Source: a virus (taxonomy: Duplodnaviria; Caudoviricetes). Taken from it: DNA of 59,988 nt. The notes beneath the pieces were generated by a model that was given only the letters and a program-made list of their open reading frames with translations, was not told where the DNA came from and did no database searches. The position numbers and the translations under genes were made by a program. Below are positions 18,761 through 27,631 of this stretch, in pieces (the stretch's first letter is position 1; every line of letters starts with the position of its first letter). Where the stretch lies: positions 1-59,988 of the IMG/VR virus record IMGVR_UViG_3300030392_000341; one strand, given 5' to 3'.

Positions 18761-20310
18761 ATTATCACCAATGTACCTTCCACAGTTAAGGTGTAACTAC
18801 TGCTTACCGACAAAGGCCCCGTTGCGCTTGCATTTTCCGTTGAGGTAATCGTTACATTTGCATCGAGAGCCTGTTCATTAATTCTAAAAATATCTCCAGC
18901 CGAAGACCCTACTATTCCATTATCCCCTTTATAATAACCTCCACCCCCTGTGGCCCAAGATAAAGCTCCTAAACCATCAGTAGTAAGACTCTGATTTGCA
19001 TCCCCATCAGCATTCGGTAAAGTCCAAGTAATATTACTGGCTATAGTACCATCTCCCTGAAAAGCTACATAATTTGAAGAATCAGAATCACCAAATCTTA
19101 AATCTCCTTGTGCTTTAAGAAGTATATTCGTATCTACATTAAGGGAAGCAATAGAGGCTACTGTTACTACCGTTAATTGATTAGCAGTAAAAGCAGCAAC
19201 CGAAGTTGATGCTGAAGGTAAATTTGTTAGATTAGAACCATCTCCTGTAAAGTAAGCAGCACTAACTGTTCCACTAAATTCTCCAGCTACACCGGAAACT
19301 TTCGTTGTAAAGCTTCCTGTACCTGCTACAAAGTCAGTGGTACTTATTCCAGTACTAAAGCTACCACTAGCACCATCTATATCTCCAGTTACGTCGCCTG
19401 TTAAAGCTCCATCAAAGGTAGCTGCACTTACTGTTCCACTAAAGACAGCAGAAGCTCCACTAACAGCACCGCTTATTTCCAAGGCTACTGTAGAAACTTT
19501 AGTAGTAAATCCTCCAGTACTTCCTTCTATAGCTGTTGCACTAATTCCAGTACTAAAGCTACCACTAGCACCATCTATATCTCCAGCAAAGGTAGCTGCA
19601 CTTACTGTTCCACTAAAGACAGCAGAAGCTCCACTAACCACACCACTTATCTCAAGAGCGGTTGCAGAAACCTTAGTACTAAAACCACCAGTAACTGCTG
19701 TTATATCTGTAACTGAAGCAGTCGATACTACTCCAAGAGTATTAACAGTAAAGGCAGAAACCGAAGTAGCAGGAGTAGCTGAGACATTAGTAAGATTGCT
19801 TCCATCTCCTGTAAAGAAACCAGCACTAACGGTTCCGCTAAATTCTGCCGCTACACCAGAAACTTTCGTTGTAAAGCTTCCTGTAGCCGCTACAAAGTCC
19901 GTAACAGACATATTAGAAGAAATCTGAGCAGAAGTAAGAACTGCATATCCACCACTAACATTGGTAGCAGTTTCCGCTGACGCTACTACACCTGTTATAT
20001 TAGAACCATCTCCATAAAAGGCAGAAGCACACACATTAGCACTGAATGTACCTGAAGAAGACGAAACATTAGCAAATATCCCGTGTCCTGCCAGATTTAT
20101 CTGGTTTGCATTAACAGTTACATCCACTCCCAATAATTGGAAGGTTCCATTGACATTTAATTTGTCATCTGATAGCTGTAAAGCAGAATCTTGTCCATCT
20201 CCGCTTTCAATCGTCCGAACCGTAGTGTCCAGCCCCGTATTCGTAGAGACAGCAACTTTTAAAAGCTGTTTATAAGTATCAGATATTAATTTTCCTGTAA
20301 AATCGGTCAT
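18757..20310 (-). CDS. Long S/T/A/G-rich tail fibre with internal repeats
   Basis: Repeats GDGSN(I/L)T x3, FSGTVSA x4 and TTKVS; probable start MTDFTG at 20310 (track start 20343). Confidence 0.8.
   Translation of the reverse strand: MTDFTGKLISDTYKQLLKVAVSTNTGLDTTVRTIESGDGQDSALQLSDDKLNVNGTFQLLGVDVTVNANQINLAGHGIFANVSSSSGTFSANVCASAFYGDGSNITGVVASAETATNVSGGYAVLTSAQISSNMSVTDFVAATGSFTTKVSGVAAEFSGTVSAGFFTGDGSNLTNVSATPATSVSAFTVNTLGVVSTASVTDITAVTGGFSTKVSATALEISGVVSGASAVFSGTVSAATFAGDIDGASGSFSTGISATAIEGSTGGFTTKVSTVALEISGAVSGASAVFSGTVSAATFDGALTGDVTGDIDGASGSFSTGISTTDFVAGTGSFTTKVSGVAGEFSGTVSAAYFTGDGSNLTNLPSASTSVAAFTANQLTVVTVASIASLNVDTNILLKAQGDLRFGDSDSSNYVAFQGDGTIASNITWTLPNADGDANQSLTTDGLGALSWATGGGGYYKGDNGIVGSSAGDIFRINEQALDANVTITSTENASATGPLSVSSSYTLTVEGTLVII
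19346..19638. repeat. Perfect intragenic DNA repeats in the fibre gene
   Basis: 19346-19388 = 19544-19586 (43 bp); 19413-19464 = 19587-19638 (52 bp). Confidence 0.85.
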
Positions 20311-20585
20311 ATCCCTTCCCACGTATTCGTTGCAGTATTCCAAGTAGTGTTAGCAGTGTTCCAATACAGATTACGTCCTCCTGTATCTGGTCTTGGATTC
20401 CTGATATTCGGATTATCACGTACATCAGGAACTTTATTCTGTGGATTGTTCTTTAAATCAAAGGCTCCTTCAAAATCAGTAGGACATACTACCAGACCGT
20501 AACTATTAAGACGCATAACTCTATGCGGATATACAAATCCACAAATATCGCACATCGCTAATGCATTTTTATTACTCGCCATCAA
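20307..20585 (-). CDS. Small Cys-motif virion-associated protein
   Basis: CDICG...CPTD motif, with a C-terminal WNTANTTWNTATNTW repeat. Confidence 0.65.
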   Translation of the reverse strand: MMASNKNALAMCDICGFVYPHRVMRLNSYGLVVCPTDFEGAFDLKNNPQNKVPDVRDNPNIRNPRPDTGGRNLYWNTANTTWNTATNTWEGI

Positions 20586-21256
20586 ACAAAACCTAATCTA
20601 GGCTTCAAATACAGGCTTGCCCGTTGTCTGTCCTCCGTAAAGGCCCTACCCAATAGCTCTTCATAACTCTGTTTTAACATATTAATACGATTATGGTCTA
20701 CACCGGGACGTTTCATGGACATATAATAAGCCAGACCACAGGTTAAAGGTGGTAAAAACCGCTTTGGAACATCAGCATTCTGACTTTCTGACTTATTTAC
20801 ATCCTGAAGCTCACTGATTGCCTCAATCTTTAAGACATCTGTGCTATTTTCCGGTATAGGCCATAAAGAAACAGTAATATTATCTCTATCTCGTTTAACA
20901 GAGAACTGACTTGCTCTTCCTGTCTGTCCTTTTCGGGGAATGAGGAGATATTCTTCCGAAGTAATACGACTTGGTTGCAAATCTATGTTATCTCTATTCA
21001 CTACAAGTTCCATAACATCCAAAACAGAGTCATTTAACGTATAACTGGTAACACTGGCAGAAACAGTTACTGCTGTAGTGTTCGTAGTCCATAGTAAAAT
21101 GCCTCGATTTTGCCAATCTTTCAACATAATATTAATAGAACGACGAGCAGAAGCAGGTTCTTCTCCTAAAATCTGCTCTCCTCCTACCATCAGCATCGCT
21201 TCCGCGATAACTTCATCTATGTCGAGATTGAAATCAAATGTTCCTGAAACAGCCAT
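20582..21256 (-). CDS. Head-tail adaptor / tail tubular protein A-like
   Basis: FNLDIDEVI, WQNRGILLWT, LWPIP and LAYY motifs; 224 aa; position in the module. Confidence 0.7.
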   Translation of the reverse strand: MAVSGTFDFNLDIDEVIAEAMLMVGGEQILGEEPASARRSINIMLKDWQNRGILLWTTNTTAVTVSASVTSYTLNDSVLDVMELVVNRDNIDLQPSRITSEEYLLIPRKGQTGRASQFSVKRDRDNITVSLWPIPENSTDVLKIEAISELQDVNKSESQNADVPKRFLPPLTCGLAYYMSMKRPGVDHNRINMLKQSYEELLGRAFTEDRQRASLYLKPRLGFV

Positions 21257-21416
21257 TACCTATTCTTCTTTCTTTTTTTACGTTTTTTCCTAGAAACATT
21301 TCGAGCATTCTCAAGGGCTATTGCCATAGCTTGTTTTTGAGGATATCCTTCCTCAATCAACTTCTTGATATTCGCACTAATCGTCTTCTGAGAAGAACCA
21401 GATTCAAGAGGCATCT

Positions 21417-21614
21417 TTAATCGTTGTATTCGTAGATTTTGCCGGGTTCATAATCACAAACAACATCCGTTTCTGGACCGACTACGGATGGTCCTTCACG
21501 AGCAGCACCGAAGCCCTGCCCAGTAGGTTTACCAGTTCCATCAATCAACGCTTGTTTGTAATCCTTATAACCCTTCTTGGTATAAGGATACATTCTATTT
21601 CCATAAATAGGCAT
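21417..21614 (-). CDS. Hypothetical protein (65 aa), last gene of the basic-protein array
   Basis: Translationally coupled (TAATG) to 21614..22126; contains GQGFGAAR. Confidence 0.6.
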   Translation of the reverse strand: MPIYGNRMYPYTKKGYKDYKQALIDGTGKPTGQGFGAAREGPSVVGPETDVVCDYEPGKIYEYND

Positions 21615-22126
21615 TAAACTCTCCCTCCTGCTTTATAGCCTTGCATTATTTTACCACCAGCTTTACGAGAAACTTTTCCACCACGTTTTCTGAGTGGGTT
21701 TGTTTCTCCCTTTCTTGGTAATTGCATTCTTTTTTGACGACTAGAAACTTTTGAAGGTTTAAGTACTTTTGTAGATTCTGATATACTTTTTTCAAGACTT
21801 GCTAAACTTCGACCTGCTTCTTTTCGTTGTGCTGGAGTTAATTTTTGCCATGCTATCTTTTGTTTACTTGCATAATCTGTACCTGCTCTTATCCGTTCAC
21901 CATGTTCTTTTTGTATATCCTTTTTTTTAGCTGCTCTTATTTGACGTTGAGTTTTTAATTCAGCTTTTCTTTCTTTTTTAATTTGAGCATAAGGTTTTTT
22001 TGCTTTAACTGTACTACCCCATCCTTCTTTTACTGCTTTATCAGCCTGTTTTTTAGTAAGATGTTGAATACCTTTTCCCATAACTCTTACTGCTACTAAC
22101 GCTGCTGGTATTAATGGACCTGCCAT
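21614..22126 (-). CDS. K/R-rich protein with GGKIMQGYKAGGRV* tail
   Basis: 170 aa; GGGAGA RBS; shared C-terminal motif. Confidence 0.8.
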   Translation of the reverse strand: MAGPLIPAALVAVRVMGKGIQHLTKKQADKAVKEGWGSTVKAKKPYAQIKKERKAELKTQRQIRAAKKKDIQKEHGERIRAGTDYASKQKIAWQKLTPAQRKEAGRSLASLEKSISESTKVLKPSKVSSRQKRMQLPRKGETNPLRKRGGKVSRKAGGKIMQGYKAGGRV

Positions 22127-22137
22127 AACTAATCTCC

Positions 22138-22395
22138 CTAAACTTTACCACCGGCTTTATAGCCATGCATTACTTTACCACCAGATTTACGAGAAACAGT
22201 TCCACCTTTTGTATGCCCTTTTACTGCACCTCTAAATAATATAGGAGTAGTTTTACCCCATATTGCTTTTGCAGTATCTACAGCATCGGCCTTACTAGCT
22301 TCATAAGTATACCCCTGACCGTTCCATACTAAAAATTCACCACCGGGGTCCATAGAACTTCTTCTAATAACTCCCGGTCTATTTTTAACAGCCAT
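22138..22395 (-). CDS. Basic protein with GGKVMHGYKAGGKV* tail
   Basis: 85 aa; GGGAGA RBS; shared C-terminal motif. Confidence 0.8.
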   Translation of the reverse strand: MAVKNRPGVIRRSSMDPGGEFLVWNGQGYTYEASKADAVDTAKAIWGKTTPILFRGAVKGHTKGGTVSRKSGGKVMHGYKAGGKV

Positions 22396-22406
22396 AATTA
22401 ATCTCC

Positions 22407-22589
22407 CTAAACTCTTCCGCCAGCTTTATAGCCGACCATGATTTTACCACCCTTTTTAGCTATTTTAGCTCTGTGACTAGGGACTTTAACTTTAGGATTA
22501 GTCTCAGATTCTGGAGTTAATCTTTTTTCTTTTTCTCTTCTTTTTTTACGAAGATGTTTTTTTGTTAACTCAAATATAGTATCAGCCAT
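22407..22589 (-). CDS. K/R-rich protein with GGKIMVGYKAGGRV* tail
   Basis: 60 aa; AAGGAGA RBS; shared C-terminal motif. Confidence 0.8.
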   Translation of the reverse strand: MADTIFELTKKHLRKKRREKEKRLTPESETNPKVKVPSHRAKIAKKGGKIMVGYKAGGRV

Positions 22590-22605
22590 AGTAGTTCTCC
22601 TTTAT

Positions 22606-23484
22606 TTAAACTTTACCACCGGCTTTATAGCCATACATGATTTTACCACCGGATTTACGAGATACAGTACTACCCTTCTTACGACTTACAGAACCACCCT
22701 TCTTCGCCATTGTACTGGCAGCAGAATAAGGTCTACGACCAAGAGCACGTTCCATGCCTTCACTCTCATGTCTACGAGCAGCCAGATTACCTGTTGTACC
22801 ACGATTACGAGCACCCAGAGATTCATCTAACCGTGCATCGTATCCTTGAGTAAGACCGCCTGTTTGCTTCTTTATAGTTCCACCAGATTTACGAGAAGCA
22901 TAAGGATTTTTTCCTTTACTTCTATTCTCTGCTCTTATATTTTGACTAAGCTTTTTTAAACCATGTGTAACAGGAAGTAATGCCCTTACAGCAGCCTTTT
23001 TAGCCTTCTTTGTTCTAGCCGTTTCTTTTCCTTGTGCTAAATCTTTTTTAGTAGTTCCCATAGGAGCAGTTGATTTATATTTAGAAGGCAAATCCTTTTT
23101 TGTTAAACCCATACCACCAGCCTTACGCTTTACAGCACCACCTGTTTTAGCAAACCTGCGACGTTCCTTCTCAGATAAAACACCAGCCCTAGCTTCTTCA
23201 GCAGGATACAGACCCTCATGGGTCATGCCACCACTCTGCTTTTTAACTGTCTTCTTTGTGCGACGTTTCTTTGTAGGCCAATCCTGACCAGCCCCTGTTG
23301 CAGGGCGTTTCCTATACCGCTTTTTAGGAGGATTATAAGGACCTGCAGTACCTTCCATTTTGGAATCAAACCAATCTTTTCTTTCCTTATTAATCTTCTT
23401 TAATGAAGTTCCCTTACCAGTAGAATGTCCTACTCCACCAGTTCTGCGTTTAATCGTACCACCACTTTTTTTACTCGTAGCCAT
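22606..23484 (-). CDS. K/R-rich protein with multiple xxGG repeats and GGKIMYGYKAGGKV* tail
   Basis: 292 aa; GGGGAGA RBS. Confidence 0.8.
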   Translation of the reverse strand: MATSKKSGGTIKRRTGGVGHSTGKGTSLKKINKERKDWFDSKMEGTAGPYNPPKKRYRKRPATGAGQDWPTKKRRTKKTVKKQSGGMTHEGLYPAEEARAGVLSEKERRRFAKTGGAVKRKAGGMGLTKKDLPSKYKSTAPMGTTKKDLAQGKETARTKKAKKAAVRALLPVTHGLKKLSQNIRAENRSKGKNPYASRKSGGTIKKQTGGLTQGYDARLDESLGARNRGTTGNLAARRHESEGMERALGRRPYSAASTMAKKGGSVSRKKGSTVSRKSGGKIMYGYKAGGKV

Positions 23485-23498
23485 AACTTTTATCTCCC

Positions 23499-24149
23499 CT
23501 AAATAGTTCCACCTTTTTTATAACCTTTACCCAAACCTCTTACTGCAGCGCCTGTACCAAGAGTTCCACCCTTTTTAGCTTGAGTGGCAGGGGTTTCTTT
23601 AGCAGCTCTCTTTCTTTTCCGCTTGTCACCTTCATACTCTAGATGTGCTTTTGCTGCTCTAGGACTTCCTGCTAATCCTCGTTCTCTTTCACGTTCCCAA
23701 TCTGACATATTCCATTGATAATCAGTAGGAAGTTTTTTCATGGTTACAGAAGTATCTTCCTTCTTCTTTATCCTGTGCTTTTGAGGATTATAAGGACCCG
23801 GAGTGCCCTCCATAGGAGCTTCTTCCCATTCTCCTTTTCTTCTGTTAATTTCCGAAACTTTTGTTCCCTTTGTTTTTTTAGCAGAAACTCCACCGCCGCC
23901 TCTACGTTTAATAGTTCCACCTTTTTTAGCTTGAGTAGCAGGAGTTTCTTCAGCAGCTTCCTTTATAGCTTTTCTTTTTTTAATAGCCGCTGTTTTTCTA
24001 GCATATTCATCAGCTATTTGCTTTTTGATACGTCTTTGCTTTGCTAGATTATTATATTTATTTCTACTACTTTGTGAAGGCTGTCGAAGTGTTGCCTTAC
24101 CATTCTTTACAACAGTAAGTGGACTATTAGCAGTTAATCTTGAACTCAT
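23499..24149 (-). CDS. K/R-rich protein ending GYKKGGTI*
   Basis: 216 aa; internal repeat ETPATQAKKGGT x2; MEGTxGPYNP motif shared with 22606..23484. Confidence 0.8.
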   Translation of the reverse strand: MSSRLTANSPLTVVKNGKATLRQPSQSSRNKYNNLAKQRRIKKQIADEYARKTAAIKKRKAIKEAAEETPATQAKKGGTIKRRGGGGVSAKKTKGTKVSEINRRKGEWEEAPMEGTPGPYNPQKHRIKKKEDTSVTMKKLPTDYQWNMSDWERERERGLAGSPRAAKAHLEYEGDKRKRKRAAKETPATQAKKGGTLGTGAAVRGLGKGYKKGGTI

Positions 24150-24406
24150 TATTCTAATCCTTCCATAGCTTGAGCTACTCTTTCTCGAACCAATCCTCCC
24201 GTAGCAGCTTTAGCTTTTCTACGTCTACCTTTTTTGGAAAGTTCAGCAAATTTCTTTTTACCGTATTTCTTTCGTCCTATCCATGCAGCCAGAGCAGCAC
24301 TACCTGTTTTCTTTTTTAAAGCTTTGAATCTTTTTCCGCTGCCTAGTTTTGGTTTCTTCCCCGGCATTTGAATTTCCTTCCCTATCATCGCTCTGCTGAT
24401 TGTCAT
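24149..24406 (-). CDS. Small basic protein
   Basis: 85 aa, K-rich, ALAAWIGRKKYGKKKF motif; AATGGLV near the C-terminus. Confidence 0.7.
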   Translation of the reverse strand: MTISRAMIGKEIQMPGKKPKLGSGKRFKALKKKTGSAALAAWIGRKKYGKKKFAELSKKGRRRKAKAATGGLVRERVAQAMEGLE

Positions 24407-24463
24407 TGCTTTTCTCTTTGAAAAATAAGTTTTCTTTTTTTGAATAAAACTTATTTGACCTCA

Positions 24464-25123
24464 TTAACTACTTCCCTGAATCAACGGGTCTGCACTACCA
24501 GCAGGACTTGCAGCCACTTCCATATCATCCTGACGAGTTCTACGAGCCTGATTACGCAAACCGTCTATAGCTGCAGTATATTCACTTTGCCAAAACTGCA
24601 TCGTATTAAAACTTTTCATAAAGAGAGAAGCTTCAAGCATCGACGCATAGAATAAGGCATCATAACAAAAATCACTAAAATAATTATTGGGAGCTACGGA
24701 ACTGAGTGTCGTTGGTCGTGATACATAATAAATTTCTCCATCATGTATAGACGCTGGAGTAGGAGCAATTACAATTTGCGTATTAGAACGCATACCATAG
24801 TATTTAGGTTCTCCAATAGAAGCACTAACGTAAGGCCAGTAATCACTAATAAATTCTGTGGTGCGAGGTAAAAGATTTATCTTGGTTCCATTTGCCTTGA
24901 TACTAAAATTCCGCACGATACGAGTACCGGACGGAAGAGAGACAAACGGGTTCGATGTCGAAACAGCAATAGACGTATAAGAATTCAATCCTACATCGTC
25001 CAATTCCCGAATCAAGCGATTTTCTGCTTTATTGACAAGTTTTGGAATCTGGTCAAGAAATTCAGAAGAATCATCCTCTGCTGTATTCTTGATATCATTT
25101 ACCAAGTAGGTATAGTCAGCCAT
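24464..25123 (-). CDS. Head-closure / adaptor-like virion protein
   Basis: AENRLIREL, GEPKYY, IAPTP and LFYASMLEA motifs; downstream of the capsid gene. Confidence 0.65.
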   Translation of the reverse strand: MADYTYLVNDIKNTAEDDSSEFLDQIPKLVNKAENRLIRELDDVGLNSYTSIAVSTSNPFVSLPSGTRIVRNFSIKANGTKINLLPRTTEFISDYWPYVSASIGEPKYYGMRSNTQIVIAPTPASIHDGEIYYVSRPTTLSSVAPNNYFSDFCYDALFYASMLEASLFMKSFNTMQFWQSEYTAAIDGLRNQARRTRQDDMEVAASPAGSADPLIQGSS

Positions 25124-25127
25124 TTAA

Positions 25128-25469
25128 CTATCCATAAAATACAGTGGTGACAGCCGACGAGGAAGGAGCGGAAACTCTTACTACTCCTCTGATTTTCGGC
25201 CCATAATCTCCTAAATAAATATCCGTTCCTGCGATTGCTTTAATTTTTATACCAACACCAGAAGAAGCAGAAGCACCAGACTTCGCTACCTGTTGTTTAT
25301 CGCCTGTAATTTGATAAACACCAGCTTCATCGGCATATAGAGCAAAAATACGGGTGGATGAATTCAAGTTATTATCTGAATTTAAAGTAACGGAAGTTGT
25401 TATATCTACTAACAACCCACTTCCCGTTCCACCACCATCTACCATTGCAGTCTTAATGTTTGAAGGCAT
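25128..25469 (-). CDS. Hypothetical virion protein
   Basis: 113 aa, beta-rich, ends TVFYG; immediately after MCP. Confidence 0.6.
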   Translation of the reverse strand: MPSNIKTAMVDGGGTGSGLLVDITTSVTLNSDNNLNSSTRIFALYADEAGVYQITGDKQQVAKSGASASSGVGIKIKAIAGTDIYLGDYGPKIRGVVRVSAPSSSAVTTVFYG

Positions 25470-25483
25470 ATTTCTTTCCTTAA

Positions 25484-25519
25484 GTAAAACCGAAGGAGGC
25501 TATAAAGCCCCCTCCGATT
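25484..25519 (-). terminator. Rho-independent terminator after MCP
   Basis: Minus strand AATCGGAGGGGCT-TTAT-AGCCTCCTTCGGTT followed by TTACTT. Confidence 0.7.
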
Positions 25520-25529
25520 AAAGTATCAA

Positions 25530-26483
25530 TTAACCTTGATTTCCAAAGAAACCACGCCAATCGGACCAGCCGAAGCTGTACCGTTCACGGGCCTTGAACC
25601 GGAGATTACCAGTATCAAAGTCAGGTTCCATCTTAGTTTGCAATGGAACACGATTAAACATTTTGGTTCCATTTGGTATGTTGGTCTTTACAAACCACGC
25701 ATCAGTATCAGTGAAGCGACGATTTATGTGGGACCCCTGCGGCAACATTCCCATGCTGCGTACAGAATTGACATCGTTCCATCCTGACGGACCTGTCAGT
25801 GCCGAAGAACCATCAATAGCGATAGTTCCAGCAGATGGGACTAAGGTTGAGTTAAGCATAGAGTTGGCTGTTGCCCAGTTGTCTGGCGCAATGTGAATAG
25901 ACACGGCAGAACCACCAACAAGAATACCCCTGTCATCTTTAATCTTTTGAATCGACGTAATAGCCGCTTCCAAAGATGAGTATGAAAGGTCATTAGCCGA
26001 AAGTACATTCGACTGACTGCCATCGCTAATCGTAGGATGTGCAGCACTAAAGAGAGGTACACCATCACCGCCATGATAAACAGCAGTATCAGTGAACCCG
26101 TTATTGAAGATATCCGCACCTTTAACCTGCTTGGTGTTAGCCATTGCACGAGCAAGGGCTTTGGCACGAAGCTTGGCAAACGTGTCATAGAGGTTATCTT
26201 CCATAGCCTCTTCAGTAACCGCAAACGCGAGTGCGATAGTCTCGTTGGTATACCGTGCTACATAACTCTCACGAGCGTTGTCATAACTGACAGCAGCACC
26301 TTCCCCTTTCACAGGAGCCGTTCCGAATCCTGTGAAGAGTACCTCTTCTTCAAACGCACGGTCTGAGTTTTCGACCTCAAACAGTGTTGTATGCTCATTA
26401 TCTACATCCCCGTACTCTAAACCGAATACGGCGTTAAGACCGGGGAGTAGTTCTTTGGCAATACTAGCGCGATTAATAGCCAT
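25530..26483 (-). CDS. Major capsid protein
   Basis: MAINRASIAKELLPGLNAVFGLEY...DFDTGNLRFKARERYSFGWSDWRG; 317 aa; downstream of the scaffold and followed by a terminator. Confidence 0.9.
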   Translation of the reverse strand: MAINRASIAKELLPGLNAVFGLEYGDVDNEHTTLFEVENSDRAFEEEVLFTGFGTAPVKGEGAAVSYDNARESYVARYTNETIALAFAVTEEAMEDNLYDTFAKLRAKALARAMANTKQVKGADIFNNGFTDTAVYHGGDGVPLFSAAHPTISDGSQSNVLSANDLSYSSLEAAITSIQKIKDDRGILVGGSAVSIHIAPDNWATANSMLNSTLVPSAGTIAIDGSSALTGPSGWNDVNSVRSMGMLPQGSHINRRFTDTDAWFVKTNIPNGTKMFNRVPLQTKMEPDFDTGNLRFKARERYSFGWSDWRGFFGNQG

Positions 26484-26499
26484 AATTTATACTCCCTTT

Positions 26500-27102
26500 C
26501 TATGTAGTAACAGTTGTAGTTGCAGTCAACAGGTCAACGTGATGGATAAGACGAACTTCCACTACTGGGAAGGCGTTTTGAGCGGCAACAGTAATATCAT
26601 TGCCGGGTTCATCCAAAACATTAATAGGACGTACATCAAGAATTAAATTACTTCTTGATGCTGCCTTAATACCAAAACCTGATTGACCAGTGACAGTTGA
26701 CCCGGACCCTACCGTTATGCCGAAGTTCTGACTGTTAATATCACCAGCTGATAACGTAGCATCAGCTTGAATGTAATAAGTACTCCAAGGATTCGTATTT
26801 ACGAAAGCCTTGGCATCAGTAGCTGATGTACCAGTAGGCCAATACTTATTCCATTTAGGTTCACCATTTTCAACATAGTGACAACCCATAAAAACACCAA
26901 TAGCAGGAGAAGCGTCTCCAACAGATGTAGCACCTGCTGATACCGCCCATAAACTACCTGCACTTACTTCAACAAGGTCGCCCGTAAAAATATTCTGAGC
27001 ATGATTGGACGCAATTTTAATTTCATCAAATCCAGTAGAATTAGCACCAGAACCACGCATACGAGCAGGGAGGAATCCGCGAAGATTTTTACTAGTTGAC
27101 AT
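26500..27102 (-). CDS. Capsid decoration / minor capsid protein
   Basis: NIFTGDLV, GVFMGC and TGQS motifs; directly upstream of MCP. Confidence 0.65.
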   Translation of the reverse strand: MSTSKNLRGFLPARMRGSGANSTGFDEIKIASNHAQNIFTGDLVEVSAGSLWAVSAGATSVGDASPAIGVFMGCHYVENGEPKWNKYWPTGTSATDAKAFVNTNPWSTYYIQADATLSAGDINSQNFGITVGSGSTVTGQSGFGIKAASRSNLILDVRPINVLDEPGNDITVAAQNAFPVVEVRLIHHVDLLTATTTVTT

Positions 27103-27134
27103 AATACTTCACTCCTCTCTTGAGCTAGTCTTCT

Positions 27135-27626
27135 TTAATCCTGAAAAGACGGTTGCCTTCCTCGAATTACAGAAGATTTGCTATTATTAGAAATAGGCAT
27201 TCTAGAATCAGAAGAATTCTCAAGTTGTGCATTAACAGCATTCATGAGATTCTCACTCTTCTCTCTATAATGCTCTTTACGGGCTTCGGCTTTAAACGCT
27301 GGCAATTTTGCCAACGACAAGTCACCACGACTGACTGTGCCTTTATATCGCCCTTCTTCCCGCACGAAAGAAGTGCTTGCCATTTCTGGAACTTCTTCGG
27401 GTAAAACGAATTCCCAACCAACAGACATCTTTTTACCGATATTCTGGTAATCATCCTTACCTTGTAGAGTTGTTCGCAACCACCGTAAAACCATTCCTTC
27501 ATTAGTGAAACGATTTTCTACACTTTCGGGAATATCCAGAGCGTTCGGCTCTTCATATCTATATTCCGTTTCTTCTCTTGTTTCCGAAGTTCGTTCTTTA
27601 GCAGTACGTGCTGTACGTGTAGTCAT
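27135..27626 (-). CDS. Head-module protein of unknown function
   Basis: 163 aa; LRWLR, GWEFV and GDLSLAKLP motifs; between scaffold and capsid genes. Confidence 0.65.
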   Translation of the reverse strand: MTTRTARTAKERTSETREETEYRYEEPNALDIPESVENRFTNEGMVLRWLRTTLQGKDDYQNIGKKMSVGWEFVLPEEVPEMASTSFVREEGRYKGTVSRGDLSLAKLPAFKAEARKEHYREKSENLMNAVNAQLENSSDSRMPISNNSKSSVIRGRQPSFQD

Positions 27627-27631
27627 AATAC

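Noticed and set aside
21238-21420. Track ORF 21238..21420 (+)
   Set aside because: It is antisense within the late operon; the minus strand here probably encodes a short basic ORF ([17 protein letters not shown]...) instead.
21614-22650. 45-nt repeats with variable spacers, resembling a CRISPR array
   Set aside because: The repeats are imperfect, vary mainly at codon level, are protein-coding and have spacers of 150-480 nt; no cas operon is present.
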